Below, in pieces: positions 48,611 to 58,279 of a DNA stretch of 64,000 bases (the first letter of the stretch is position 1; every line of letters starts with the position of its first letter). Origin of the DNA: a bacterium (GTDB lineage Bacteria > Patescibacteriota > Minisyncoccia > Moranbacterales > GWC2-37-73); assembly GCA_037140955.1 (NCBI GenBank), contig JBAXDL010000002.1, forward strand, positions 28,176 through 92,175, given 5' to 3'. The notes beneath the pieces are model-generated. The model saw only the letters and a program-made list of their open reading frames with translations, made no database searches and was not told the DNA's origin. The position numbers and the translations under genes are program-made.

Positions 48611-49225
48611 TTATTCCAAGATTCCATCAAGATTAACGTCATATAGCATAGCTTCATTAATTGATCGATAGTTGATGATTTCATTTTCCTTAAACCAAAT
48701 CTTGATTTCTCTTTGAGCTTCTTCTGGCTTGTCGGAGCAATGGATCAAATTTCGCACTGCACGCTCATCGATTCCAGACAATTCATATGAATCCAAAGTG
48801 TAGTCGCCGCGAATTGTTCCAATGTCAGAAGTTAGTGGCTCAGTTCCACCAACAAGCTTGGTCACAATATCAACAGCTTGATTTCCCTCGATAACCATCG
48901 CAAGAACTGGACCAGCAGTCATGAAAGTCACCAACTGACCAATAATATCACGACCATATTCAATAGCTGGTTTGTCGATAGACATTTTGTTTTCTTCTCG
49001 ATTTTTCACGATTCTATCGCCCTTCAATTGAAACCAAGCCTCGTCTTTGTTGTAATGATCCCAACATTGCTGCGCTTCAGGAACCAAAAGCTTCATAGCT
49101 GTAATTTTCAAGCCAACTTTCTCAAAACGTGAAATAATTTCACCAATCAAAGAACGCTGAACACCATCTGGTTTAATAATAACAAAAGTTTGCTGCTTTT
49201 TTGGATGTGTCATTTTATTTATCAA
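48611..49225 (-). CDS. ndk: Nucleoside diphosphate kinase (long form with insertions)
   Basis: TFVIIKPDGVQRSLIGEIISRFEKVGLKITAMKL...NLIHCSD (active-site His). Confidence 0.8.
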   Translation of the reverse strand: MINKMTHPKKQQTFVIIKPDGVQRSLIGEIISRFEKVGLKITAMKLLVPEAQQCWDHYNKDEAWFQLKGDRIVKNREENKMSIDKPAIEYGRDIIGQLVTFMTAGPVLAMVIEGNQAVDIVTKLVGGTEPLTSDIGTIRGDYTLDSYELSGIDERAVRNLIHCSDKPEEAQREIKIWFKENEIINYRSINEAMLYDVNLDGILE

Positions 49226-49271
49226 CTTAAATTAATTACTCTAAACAGCATAGCCCAATATTTAAAAACAG

Positions 49272-50150
49272 TCAAAAGGAGGTTAGCCTTTGACACATGT
49301 CCTTAGCCCTTTGACAGCGATAAACAATATCCCCAAGCTCATCAGTTCTGAAAATATTAATCTTGTGATTTTTGAGTCTTTGCAAAACTTCTTGATTTGG
49401 ATGACCATATGAATTGTTTTTTCCAACTGAAATAATGGCATCCAATGGTTTTGCTGCAGCAAGAAATTCATTTCCGCTGGCATATTTTGAACCATGATGT
49501 GCTATTTTCAAAAATTGTGCCTCGATATCAATATTTTTTGCCAACAACTCATTTTCCTGCTCAGTTGGCAAATCACCAGTAAAAAGAAATTTATTAGACC
49601 CAAAAGTAAGTTTCACCACCACACTATATTTATTAGTATCTTTATTGTTAACATCATCAACACTTTGAAATGGGTAGATAACTTCAGCCACTGCTCCACT
49701 ATCAAATCTTATTATCAAAGATTGCTTGGCTTCAATTTTATTTATTCTATTTTCAACAATAAGGCTTTCTAATTTTTTGAAAGTTTGTGAATCATTTTGC
49801 ATTTTTGTTTCTATCACAGAATCCACGTTATACGCGCCAAGCACATCAATCAATCCACCAATATGATCAGCATCCGGATGTGTCTCAATAATGGTCTCAA
49901 TTTTTCTATCCCAAAATGGAACATATTTTCCCAATTTTTCCAATAATATTTTTCCATCCTTTCCACCATCAATCAAGATTTGCTGATCGCCCTCAGAAAT
50001 CAAAATACTATCACCTTGACCAACATCTAGAAAAACAACCGTGAGTTCATTCTTTTGTGGGTATAAAATAATCACACTCAAAATTATTCCAAGCAAAAAG
50101 AATGCGAGCAAAACAAAGTATATTAATTTGCGGTTATTTTTTTGATTCAT
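49272..50150 (-). CDS. comEC: ComEC/Rec2 C-terminal portion: TM anchor + metallo-beta-lactamase domain
   Basis: LTVVFLDVGQGDSILI, HPDADHIGG, ...IAHHGSKYAS... MBL motifs. Confidence 0.75.
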   Translation of the reverse strand: MNQKNNRKLIYFVLLAFFLLGIILSVIILYPQKNELTVVFLDVGQGDSILISEGDQQILIDGGKDGKILLEKLGKYVPFWDRKIETIIETHPDADHIGGLIDVLGAYNVDSVIETKMQNDSQTFKKLESLIVENRINKIEAKQSLIIRFDSGAVAEVIYPFQSVDDVNNKDTNKYSVVVKLTFGSNKFLFTGDLPTEQENELLAKNIDIEAQFLKIAHHGSKYASGNEFLAAAKPLDAIISVGKNNSYGHPNQEVLQRLKNHKINIFRTDELGDIVYRCQRAKDMCQRLTSF

Positions 50151-51605
50151 TTATTCTTTTTCTTGATTTTGATTGGCAGACTTATTTATGTGCATTATTA
50201 GCATTGCTAGTATTATATAATAAAAAACAATCCACCACACCTCTATTTTTGCAATTGAAACACTGCTCCATGAGAATGATGCCAGAAGTTGAATTGTTTT
50301 TATTTCATAAAACAACAAGCAAAATGAGAGCCAGCCAAAAACAATTGCAAGTGGCGTGAAAATAAAACCAAAAATTACCACCAAGAAAACAATCAGCATT
50401 GAAAGTGGAATAATCGGCAAGATCAAAACATTAGCCAAAAGTGAAATCAGGGAAACAATTTTGAAATTATAGACAATTATTGGAAGTACAAAAAATTGAG
50501 CACTGAGCGAAAGTGCTATTATTTCAGAAATACCAAAGACTTTATTTTTTTTGATAAAATTTTTTTCCCAAAAAGATGAAGTGGCAACAATTCCCAATGT
50601 TGCCAAAAAAGACAATTGAAAACCAACATCCCAGCGCAAAAGCAAAGGATTAAGCAATAGCATGGCAGATCCAGTAAAGATGATGGCGTTTTGTGATGAA
50701 GCCAATCTTCCATTTTTCATCGCCCAAAGCAAAACCGTGCTCATCACTCCAGCGCGCACAGCAGAGGCAGGAAGGCCTGCCATCACAACAAATAGCACAA
50801 TGCCACCAATAGCAAACCAAATCGCCTGAGGCCGCCATAGTCCCAAGAAAATTCCAAGTAAAATCAAGTATTCAGCCACGATCGTAACGTTATACCCGGA
50901 AACTGCCACAATATGAGTCATTCCCGTGATTGAAAAATCTTTTTGAATTTCTTTGGAAAGACCGGCATTTCCACCAAACAAAAGTCCAATTGCCAGTGCC
51001 CCTTCTGGCATGGGAATAACTTTGACAATTTTGTCTTCAAAACTTTTTTTGGCCGAGATTATTTTGGCATAAATCCAGCTTCCAGCATTTTTTTCAACTT
51101 TTTCAATCTTACCTTTTTCGCATTGATACAGCACACCCTCCTTGGCCATATACATCCTATAATCAAAACTAGCGTCCTTGTTTTCAATGGCGTTTAATGT
51201 GCAATTTAGCTGCAAAATGTCACCATAGGTATATTGCGGATACTGCGGTGCTTGCAACAATAAATAAATATTTTCTTCTTGCAAGCCAACAACTACATTT
51301 TGACCAAAAAATGATTGCGTAGATTTTTGAACAATAACTTTTCCGTCAAAATTCATTCCAAGATAAACAAGATTATTTGCATTATCAATTTTCTTATTAG
51401 TGACAAAATATCCAACAAAAAAGGCGAGCAAAATAAAAGCGACCAAGGTCGCTAGTTTATTTTTATAAAAAAGAAAAAACAAAACTAAAGAAAAAATCAA
51501 TAAAACAAAATAATAATTTCCACTTATTTCAAAAAATGAACGGGCAAATACTCCGCCAATAAAACTTAAAAGCAAAAATAATAATATTTTCGATTTAGTA
51601 ATCAT
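50151..51605 (-). CDS. comEC: ComEC/Rec2 N-terminal portion: DUF4131 + competence membrane-channel domain
   Basis: Polytopic membrane protein with the ComEC competence-domain pattern (...GYNVTIVA...VMAGLPASAVRAGVM...). Stop TAA at 50151-50153 is immediately followed, in frame, by the ATG of the MBL part. Confidence 0.7.
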   Translation of the reverse strand: MITKSKILLFLLLSFIGGVFARSFFEISGNYYFVLLIFSLVLFFLFYKNKLATLVAFILLAFFVGYFVTNKKIDNANNLVYLGMNFDGKVIVQKSTQSFFGQNVVVGLQEENIYLLLQAPQYPQYTYGDILQLNCTLNAIENKDASFDYRMYMAKEGVLYQCEKGKIEKVEKNAGSWIYAKIISAKKSFEDKIVKVIPMPEGALAIGLLFGGNAGLSKEIQKDFSITGMTHIVAVSGYNVTIVAEYLILLGIFLGLWRPQAIWFAIGGIVLFVVMAGLPASAVRAGVMSTVLLWAMKNGRLASSQNAIIFTGSAMLLLNPLLLRWDVGFQLSFLATLGIVATSSFWEKNFIKKNKVFGISEIIALSLSAQFFVLPIIVYNFKIVSLISLLANVLILPIIPLSMLIVFLVVIFGFIFTPLAIVFGWLSFCLLFYEIKTIQLLASFSWSSVSIAKIEVWWIVFYYIILAMLIMHINKSANQNQEKE

Positions 51606-51820
51606 CCAATATCAACCATTTTTATTTTAGTAGATTTCCCACCAACAATCTTGATCAAACTTTTGGCAACTTTGAAGTGTTTTGACAAAATATCTATCAA
51701 TGCGTCATTAGCTTGACCATCAACAGGCGGAGCAGTTAATTTTATTCTGTATTCACCTTCTGAAGTTTTCACAACTTCATTTTTTGATGATCGAGGTGAA
51801 ACTTTAATATAAATTCTCAT
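51602..51820 (-). CDS. DUF167 (YggU/UPF0235) family protein
   Basis: VSPRSSKNEV...LKIKLTAPPVDGQANDALIDILSKHFKVAKSLIKIVGGKSTKIK. Confidence 0.7.
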   Translation of the reverse strand: MRIYIKVSPRSSKNEVVKTSEGEYRIKLTAPPVDGQANDALIDILSKHFKVAKSLIKIVGGKSTKIKMVDIG

Positions 51821-52740
51821 TAGACTTGATTTTGTGCACTAGCATTTGCAGCATTCTTCCTATCGATATTAGTTTTAATGCGAACAAACATGTTTATTAG
51901 CATCAGCAGTATCAAGAAAATATTAGCAACCACGAAGATATTTCTCACAATAATATTTTGCATATCAGTCCCAAGAAGGTATGCGTGCGAAATTACAGCA
52001 CCATACAAAAAGATGTTCAAAAAATGCAAAGCTCTCCACAATTTTGCAGAAATATATTTTCGAACATAAGATGATGCAGTCAGAATAACCATCAAATAAA
52101 ATCCAATAATTCCAAGCGCCACCAAGGTTGATTTGTATTGCGTAGCAAATGGAACAAAAACATCAATCAAACTGAAATGAATAAATTTATCAAACATCAA
52201 AAACACACCATGAATAAGTGCAAACAAAGTCGCTTGAAAAGCAATCCAGCAATGGCCTTGCATGGCATAAAGTGGAGCAAAAAATTTACGAAGAAATCCT
52301 ACGCGAATTGTTAGGCCAAGAAAAATAGAGAGGTATAGCAAGGTAAATCCAACCAAGCCACTAGCTCTTGAAGCATACCAAGCCCAGGGGGTTTCATTTG
52401 AAGATGAGGCTTGATTTTCTCCTACTGGAGGAAGACCAGGAATTGAAGCTGAATCAAGCGGATCAGTTTCTGCCAAAACTTCACTACCATCATAATATCC
52501 ATCGCCATCAGTATCATGATTCTTAGGATCAGTCCCATATATTTGCACCTCAGCTTGATCAGTCAAACCATCCAAGTCTGAATCTAATGCTGGGCCTCCT
52601 TCATAGCTAACTTTTGATTGTGTGCCAATAGGTGCATCCTGCGCCTTGGTGTAAGCAAAAAACATCAAGCCAGAAACAGCAATAAAGCATGATGCTAGCA
52701 CGATTTTACCCTTATTGCTGATCTTATTTGTCGTGTTCAT
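51820..52740 (-). CDS. Ferric-reductase-like transmembrane heme-binding domain protein (MsrQ/YedZ-like) with N-terminal secreted Ca-binding repeats
   Basis: Signal/TM anchor. DSDLDGLTDQ and DTDGDGYYDGSEV thrombospondin-type-3-like Asp motifs. Membrane domain with paired His, IHGVFLM and ALHFLNIFLYGAVISHAY (H-x13-H), as in YedZ. Confidence 0.5.
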   Translation of the reverse strand: MNTTNKISNKGKIVLASCFIAVSGLMFFAYTKAQDAPIGTQSKVSYEGGPALDSDLDGLTDQAEVQIYGTDPKNHDTDGDGYYDGSEVLAETDPLDSASIPGLPPVGENQASSSNETPWAWYASRASGLVGFTLLYLSIFLGLTIRVGFLRKFFAPLYAMQGHCWIAFQATLFALIHGVFLMFDKFIHFSLIDVFVPFATQYKSTLVALGIIGFYLMVILTASSYVRKYISAKLWRALHFLNIFLYGAVISHAYLLGTDMQNIIVRNIFVVANIFLILLMLINMFVRIKTNIDRKNAANASAQNQV

Positions 52741-52756
52741 TTTTTTAAAATTAAGA

Positions 52757-53749
52757 TTAATATAAATGTTCCTTAGCTTTAGGTGAGATCCAGGCGGCTC
52801 CTCGATAATTCAAAATCACTACTGCCAGGTCATGCTCCCTTGCGTATAGCATACCACCTTTTGCACCCATTAGAAAGATTGTTTTTGCCCAAACATCAGC
52901 CGAGGTTGTATCATCCGCAATAACAGAAACTGATTTTAAGTCAAAAGAAAAATTTTCAGGATTTTTTGGATCAACAATATGATGCACTCTTTTTCCATCA
53001 ATTTCCCAGCGTCTTCTGCCAATTCCAGAAGTTGCTATCCCCTTCTTATCAAGAGCAAAAATCATTTTTTTTTCATCAATACCTTCAACTGCAATTGTCC
53101 AGCGCCGCTGCTCCTCATCTAATCCTTGCATAAACATGTCACCACCAGAATCAACCAAAAAATTATTCCAACCTTTTGAAATCAAAAATTCAGCAACTCT
53201 ATCAGTGATATATCCTTTTGCTATTCCAGAAAAATCCATCTTAACACCAAAAAAAACTTTTCCATCTTCAATTCTCAAATCATCTACCAAGGGACCCTGC
53301 AATAGTGTTGATTTTTCATCAATATCTGACCTGAACAATCTGCTTCCATCACTAAAATCATCAAAATAACCAACCTTTTCCAAAACATCGAGTATTCTTG
53401 GATCAAAAATCCCATCAGTATCACTATTGTATTTCAGTGACATTTTAACAATTTCGAGCAAATGGCTAGATGCAAGATTAAAAACACCTAATTTCAAATT
53501 TAATTTTGACAGCTCGCTTTCTAAATCAAAACGACTAAAGATCTTAGTAAAATCATCATACACTTTTTCTACCAAAGAAAAATCTTCTCTCATCAACTTT
53601 TCTTCCTCAGCGGTGGTAACCACAACTTGAATATCAATATCAGTTCCCAACTTTCTAAATTGAAAACGTGCTATTTTGGGAAATTTTTCAGAATTTTCAG
53701 CGTTAGCTTGCATATTCAAAGGTGTCAACAATTCCATTTCCATTTTCAT
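52757..53749 (-). CDS. apbE: FAD:protein FMN transferase (ApbE family)
   Basis: FSGIAKGYITDRVAEFL (the GIAKGY motif), ...FDPRIL..., ...SGIGRRRWE... Confidence 0.75.
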   Translation of the reverse strand: MKMEMELLTPLNMQANAENSEKFPKIARFQFRKLGTDIDIQVVVTTAEEEKLMREDFSLVEKVYDDFTKIFSRFDLESELSKLNLKLGVFNLASSHLLEIVKMSLKYNSDTDGIFDPRILDVLEKVGYFDDFSDGSRLFRSDIDEKSTLLQGPLVDDLRIEDGKVFFGVKMDFSGIAKGYITDRVAEFLISKGWNNFLVDSGGDMFMQGLDEEQRRWTIAVEGIDEKKMIFALDKKGIATSGIGRRRWEIDGKRVHHIVDPKNPENFSFDLKSVSVIADDTTSADVWAKTIFLMGAKGGMLYAREHDLAVVILNYRGAAWISPKAKEHLY

Positions 53750-54107
53750 CTTTTACGATATAAATATCAGCGACATCAGGATATTGATCATCCACATCAG
53801 CAATCCCATCAAGATCGCGATCAGACAATGAGATAGTTTCTGTTTGATATTCCGTCACTATTTGCGCAGGAGTCACCACAACTGTCTGTTTGTATGTTGC
53901 TGGTTTTGGAGTGCTTGTTGTGGCCTCTTGAACTGTTGCCGCTGGAGTACTAACGGTTGCTGGCTTATAGTCATCATCCTCACCTTCACCATCGCGTTCA
54001 TATTTACCATCTTCTTTTTCAGCATGCACAAAATAAGAACCAACAAACAAGCCACCAAAAATCAAAGAGATTACTGCAAGAAATAAGAATAAATTTTTTT
54101 TGAACAT
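53703..54107 (-). CDS. Hypothetical anchored/secreted protein with Thr/Pro/Ala linker and acidic Ca-binding-like C-terminus
   Basis: TM anchor LFLFLAVISLIFGGLFVG, linker PATVSTPAATVQEATTSTPKPAT, then DRDLDGIADVDDQYPDVAD. Its last 47 bp overlap the apbE start. Confidence 0.35.
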   Translation of the reverse strand: MFKKNLFLFLAVISLIFGGLFVGSYFVHAEKEDGKYERDGEGEDDDYKPATVSTPAATVQEATTSTPKPATYKQTVVVTPAQIVTEYQTETISLSDRDLDGIADVDDQYPDVADIYIVKDENGNGIVDTFEYAS

Positions 54108-54131
54108 ATTTTTATATTAATAATAAAATTC

Positions 54132-54548
54132 TTAAGATTTCTTTGTAGTGGCCTTGGCTGGAGCTGCTGCCTTTGGAGCAGTATAGGAAGCTGTTGTGCT
54201 TGATGTTGGCGCTGTTGTTGTTACCGTTTTTGTTACAGCTGGAATTGTTTTTGTCACAGGAACAGATTGTTGTTTTGAAACAGTCCCAGTATTATTTGCA
54301 ATACTGTTTAATTTTGCTTCCTTGTCAGCCTTAACTCTTTGCTGTGCATCATAGGCATAGTCAGCAGCTGATTTGTAGCTCTGAGATGTTGGAGCAATCT
54401 CAGCTTCCGCCGCAGCCGTTGTTACTTTTTCAAGCTCTTTTTCGGTACTTTTTTGCTTGATAAGCATCACTCCAGTTGCAACAACTGAAATATTCATAAT
54501 CAAAAACATTATTTTAACACCATGTTCTTTTAATTTTTCTAAAATCAT
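54132..54548 (-). CDS. Hypothetical N-terminally anchored low-complexity (Thr/Ala-rich) protein
   Basis: TM anchor, then TVTKTIPAVTKTVTTTAPTSSTTASYTAPKAAAPAKATTKKS. Confidence 0.3.
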   Translation of the reverse strand: MILEKLKEHGVKIMFLIMNISVVATGVMLIKQKSTEKELEKVTTAAAEAEIAPTSQSYKSAADYAYDAQQRVKADKEAKLNSIANNTGTVSKQQSVPVTKTIPAVTKTVTTTAPTSSTTASYTAPKAAAPAKATTKKS

Positions 54549-54577
54549 TTTTTTGTAAATTAAATAAATTATTAATA

Positions 54578-54799
54578 TTATGAAACTTTTGTGGTTGACG
54601 ATGTGTATGGTTGCTTGCTTTGGGTAGTCGCTGAGGTCGCCTTTGTGGGGGGTGCATTTTTATTATTAACTTCTGCGGTACTTTGAGCTGTCTTATTTTT
54701 CTGCGAAATATTTTTAATCAAAAATACACCACCAACTATAATTAAAATATTCACCAAGAAAAATAAGATTTTTTTATAATGCTTTTGAAACAATTGCAT
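54578..54799 (-). CDS. Hypothetical small N-terminally anchored low-complexity protein
   Basis: TM anchor ILFFLVNILIIVGGVFLI, then a Thr/Ser/Ala-rich tail. Confidence 0.3.
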   Translation of the reverse strand: MQLFQKHYKKILFFLVNILIIVGGVFLIKNISQKNKTAQSTAEVNNKNAPPTKATSATTQSKQPYTSSTTKVS

Positions 54800-54901
54800 G
54801 CTTAATTATTTTTGAATAAATTACTTTATCGCCCAGGCACATTCAAATGCCGAATAATAACTACTACGCAGTAATTTATATTTTTCTTTACAGCAAGATT
54901 A

Positions 54902-56401
54902 TTATGATTTTTTAGTGGTACCCTTAGATGAACTCTTATATCCAGCCTGTTTTCTTGTTATATCAGCCGTTATTTCATATCTCATCAGTTTACTTCTGCG
55001 ACCAGTTTTCAAGTCAACAGCATACCATTTATACTTTCCGTAGTTCTTTTTTGCGATATAATAAACACTAAATGCTCCTTTTTTATCAGTCTTAACTGAG
55101 ATTGGTGGATAATAGCTCAAATTAGAACGAGAAAAATACAAATTAACCATTGAATTTTTGGAAAATCGCTTGCCTGTTTGGGTTATTTCACCACCTCTTT
55201 TAACTTTACTATAACTTTGATTTATCTGACGCTTTGGCTCTTCAACCTCATCTTCATCATCTTTTTTTTCAACAGATGCTGAAACCGGCGTTGAAATTGG
55301 AATTGCAGCTGCAGGAGCCTGAATTGAAAAGGCAGCAGAAAGTGCAGATTCATTGGCAAAATCATCATAAGCTGAAACACGATATTGATATGCGGTTGAA
55401 GGATTTATTGTTAAATCAGAATAACTAAGACTTGTCGTGGTTGCAATCTCAATATCGTTTCTATAGATCTTATATCCAGCAACTGCTACAATGTCTGATG
55501 ATGCTGCCCATGAAAGATCGGCTTGATTTGCGGAAACAACATTAACACTCAAACTTCCGGGCACTGTTGGTGCAATCAAGTCTCCGCCAGTATTTAGAAT
55601 TGAAAAAGATATAATATAATCATCAAGATTCACATTCAATGAATCATCTTGGCAACGCACATAATATGAATATGTTGACCCATTAGAAAGCCCAGTAACT
55701 GTCGTTGAATGAATAGTTCTTGCGCCAGTGTTTGCAAATTGTGTCATTGAAGCATAAGGAGTATCTACAGATGTTGAATAGGCACAAGTGGCATTTTCAT
55801 TAGTCATGAGTGAGATATTAGAACTAGTTGTGCCTGCTGAACGCGCCGAAGTTGGAGCTTTGTTCAAGCGAATTGGAGGATTTTCAACTGTTACGGAAAT
55901 TGCAGCAGACGCCTTTGCGCCATAATCGACAGTACTCGCATCACATGACAATGAATGAACACCATCAGCAACACCTGTAGTGTCCCATGTTATGCCATAT
56001 GGAAAAACAGTGTCCTGCTCGCCAAGATTAAAGCCATCTAATTTAAACTGAACCCCAGAAATTGGGACATCAATCGGAAGCGGGCTAGTTGCATCAGCAG
56101 TAACAGAAACAGACGCACCAGAAACTGTTGAGCCATCCACCGGAGCAGTAATACTACGCGATACAGTCATAGCACTAACGCTGTGCACGAAAATGTCATT
56201 TCTTTGATATTGATCTTCTTTAATTGCTAATAGTCCCTTAAGTTTAGAATCACGAAAAGAATCACCTTGCCTGACAAGTGCGAAGAATTTTTTGGAAAAT
56301 TTTACAATAGAAATAAATGAGTCAATATAAAACTGCACACAATAAACCAGAAGGATTGAAAAAGTGATGCTTATTATTTTTCTTTTTTTTATTTTTATCA
56401 T
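54902..56401 (-). CDS. Cell-surface protein with bacterial Ig-like and fibronectin type III domains (paralog 1)
   Basis: N-terminal anchor identical to paralog 2. Ig-like domain ...SGVQFKLDGFNLGEQDTVFPYGITWDTTGVADGVHSL.... FN3 ...APTVPGSLSVNVVSANQADLSWAAS...GYKIYRN...YQYRVSAYD... Confidence 0.55.
   Translation of the reverse strand: MIKIKKRKIISITFSILLVYCVQFYIDSFISIVKFSKKFFALVRQGDSFRDSKLKGLLAIKEDQYQRNDIFVHSVSAMTVSRSITAPVDGSTVSGASVSVTADATSPLPIDVPISGVQFKLDGFNLGEQDTVFPYGITWDTTGVADGVHSLSCDASTVDYGAKASAAISVTVENPPIRLNKAPTSARSAGTTSSNISLMTNENATCAYSTSVDTPYASMTQFANTGARTIHSTTVTGLSNGSTYSYYVRCQDDSLNVNLDDYIISFSILNTGGDLIAPTVPGSLSVNVVSANQADLSWAASSDIVAVAGYKIYRNDIEIATTTSLSYSDLTINPSTAYQYRVSAYDDFANESALSAAFSIQAPAAAIPISTPVSASVEKKDDEDEVEEPKRQINQSYSKVKRGGEITQTGKRFSKNSMVNLYFSRSNLSYYPPISVKTDKKGAFSVYYIAKKNYGKYKWYAVDLKTGRRSKLMRYEITADITRKQAGYKSSSKGTTKKS
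56261..56398. repeat. 138-bp direct repeat (copy 1) covering the 5' end of paralog 1
   Basis: Identical to 57191-57328 apart from 1-2 mismatches. Encodes ...KIKKRKIISITFSILLVYCVQFYIDSFISIVKFSKKFFALVRQGDSF. Confidence 0.85.
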
Positions 56402-56431
56402 GTGAAATAAAAACTCAAATATTTTAAATAT

Positions 56432-57334
56432 TTATAAAACCATTAGGCTGCTTGGTGCACTTGGTGCTGTCACATCAGTCAAAACAGAAAAATTTATAGC
56501 GGTATAATCACTAGCATTTTGATTTCCAACCAAATCCTGGCAACGCACATAATATGGATAAGAATTTCCTCCAATAAGTCCAGTGATCGTAGCAGAATGA
56601 GCTGTGCCACCAATTGCTGCAAATGCGTTTGTCATTGAGGCATATGGAACGCCAGCAGAAGTTGAATATTTGCAAGTTGCACTTTCATTGGTTGTAAGTG
56701 TTATATTTGTTTGTGTTGTTCCTATGGCAAGGGCCGTGGATGGACCTCCAAGCAAACGAACCGGGGCTGTATTATCAACCGTTACTGAAGTTACAGGAGA
56801 TACCTGTCCAGTGCCATATCTTGTGCTGCTATTGTATGTAATAATTGTCAATGAGTGAACCCCGTCTGTAGTGGTGGTTGTATCCCAAGGAAAAATAGCC
56901 GTGGCATCATTTCCCACAAGTGTCAACATAGAATTTGCCACGGTGGCTTTTGCGCCAAGATTAGCTCCATCTAATCGGAATTGAATACCATTAACAATAG
57001 CTGGTTCAGCTGGCTGACTTATAGCTGTAGCTGTCAAATTGAATGTCCCATGAATTACAATACCAGCAGTTGGTGCTATTATGGAATCAGAAATTGTTGC
57101 AGCCGAAACAGCATGCACAAAAATATTCTCTTTTTGGTATTGATCATTTTTAAATTCTAATAATCCTTTTTTCTTAGCAACATCAAAAGAATCACCTTGC
57201 CTGACAAGTGCAAAGAATTTTTTGGAAAATTTTACAATAGAAATAAATGAGTCAATATAAAACTGCACACAATAAACCAGAAGGATTGAAAAAGTGATGC
57301 TTATTATTTTTCTTTTTTTTATTTTTAAGTGCAT
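56432..57334 (-). CDS. Cell-surface Ig-like-domain protein (paralog 2, shorter)
   Basis: Same N-terminal 45 aa. Ig-like domain ...NGIQFRLDGANLGAKATVANSML...FPWDTTTTTDGVHSL... Confidence 0.5.
   Translation of the reverse strand: MHLKIKKRKIISITFSILLVYCVQFYIDSFISIVKFSKKFFALVRQGDSFDVAKKKGLLEFKNDQYQKENIFVHAVSAATISDSIIAPTAGIVIHGTFNLTATAISQPAEPAIVNGIQFRLDGANLGAKATVANSMLTLVGNDATAIFPWDTTTTTDGVHSLTIITYNSSTRYGTGQVSPVTSVTVDNTAPVRLLGGPSTALAIGTTQTNITLTTNESATCKYSTSAGVPYASMTNAFAAIGGTAHSATITGLIGGNSYPYYVRCQDLVGNQNASDYTAINFSVLTDVTAPSAPSSLMVL
57191..57328. repeat. 138-bp direct repeat (copy 2) covering the 5' end of paralog 2
   Basis: See copy 1. Confidence 0.85.
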
Positions 57335-57407
57335 GAAAAAAATTTACTTTTTAACCTACTTTTAAATATATTATATCACAAAATCAACAATATCACACAC
57401 GACATAT

Positions 57408-58109
57408 TTAGTTATTTTCCCTAATTCCACATATTTTAAAGTTTTTTTCTATTTTTTCCTTTATCTTGGCTAAATCTATTTTTTTGTTTAGTGACACTGT
57501 GCGCAAATTTTGATCAAGAATTACTCCGTCTCTATATTCTTGCAAATAATATGCATCAGCACCATTGATCCATTTGGCAATTTTTTTAAAATCTTCTTCA
57601 TTGTGAATCCCAGGAACAACAGTGGTGCGAAACTCGTAGGCCAAGTCACTTTCCATGATCAATTTCACACTTAACTTTATTTTTTCAATATCAACATTAA
57701 GTCCAACAGTCTTACTGTAATTTTCTGGAGAATTTTTAATATCCATGGCAATAAAATCCACCAATTTTTCATCAATAACCTTTTTCAAAACTTCTGGCCG
57801 GCTGCCATTAGAATCAAGCTTAACTTTAAAACCAAGATCTTTGATTTTTTTGATAAATGGAATAATATCACTTTGAATAGTTGGCTCTCCCCCAGTAATA
57901 CAAACTCCTTCCAATTTTCCAATACGTTTTTTCAAATGCTCAAAAAATTCTTTTTCCAATTCATTTGGATACGGAAATTGAGACTGAAGGACAAGTTCTG
58001 GATTATGACAAAAGCCACAACGAAAACTGCAACCAACAGTGAAAACCGTGGTTGCAATTGTTCCTGGAAAGTCTATTAGGGTTAGTTTTTGATAACCACC
58101 AATGCGCAT
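57408..58109 (-). CDS. nrdG: Anaerobic ribonucleoside-triphosphate reductase activating protein (radical SAM)
   Basis: CSFRCGFCHN (CxxxCxxC), ...GVCITGGEP... Confidence 0.85.
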   Translation of the reverse strand: MRIGGYQKLTLIDFPGTIATTVFTVGCSFRCGFCHNPELVLQSQFPYPNELEKEFFEHLKKRIGKLEGVCITGGEPTIQSDIIPFIKKIKDLGFKVKLDSNGSRPEVLKKVIDEKLVDFIAMDIKNSPENYSKTVGLNVDIEKIKLSVKLIMESDLAYEFRTTVVPGIHNEEDFKKIAKWINGADAYYLQEYRDGVILDQNLRTVSLNKKIDLAKIKEKIEKNFKICGIRENN

Positions 58110-58279
58110 ACGCGTAATTTTAAAACTTACATATATTCCAGCAATGTGAGGCTATTTTTGTTTTTGGCCAATAGCCGGCGACAGCGGCTTCTTGAGCTTT
58201 TGGATATTGTGCATTTATCCAAAAGCGTGCCAAAAATAAAAATAGTCGAGCAATTGCGGGCACATCATAATTTAGAAAA

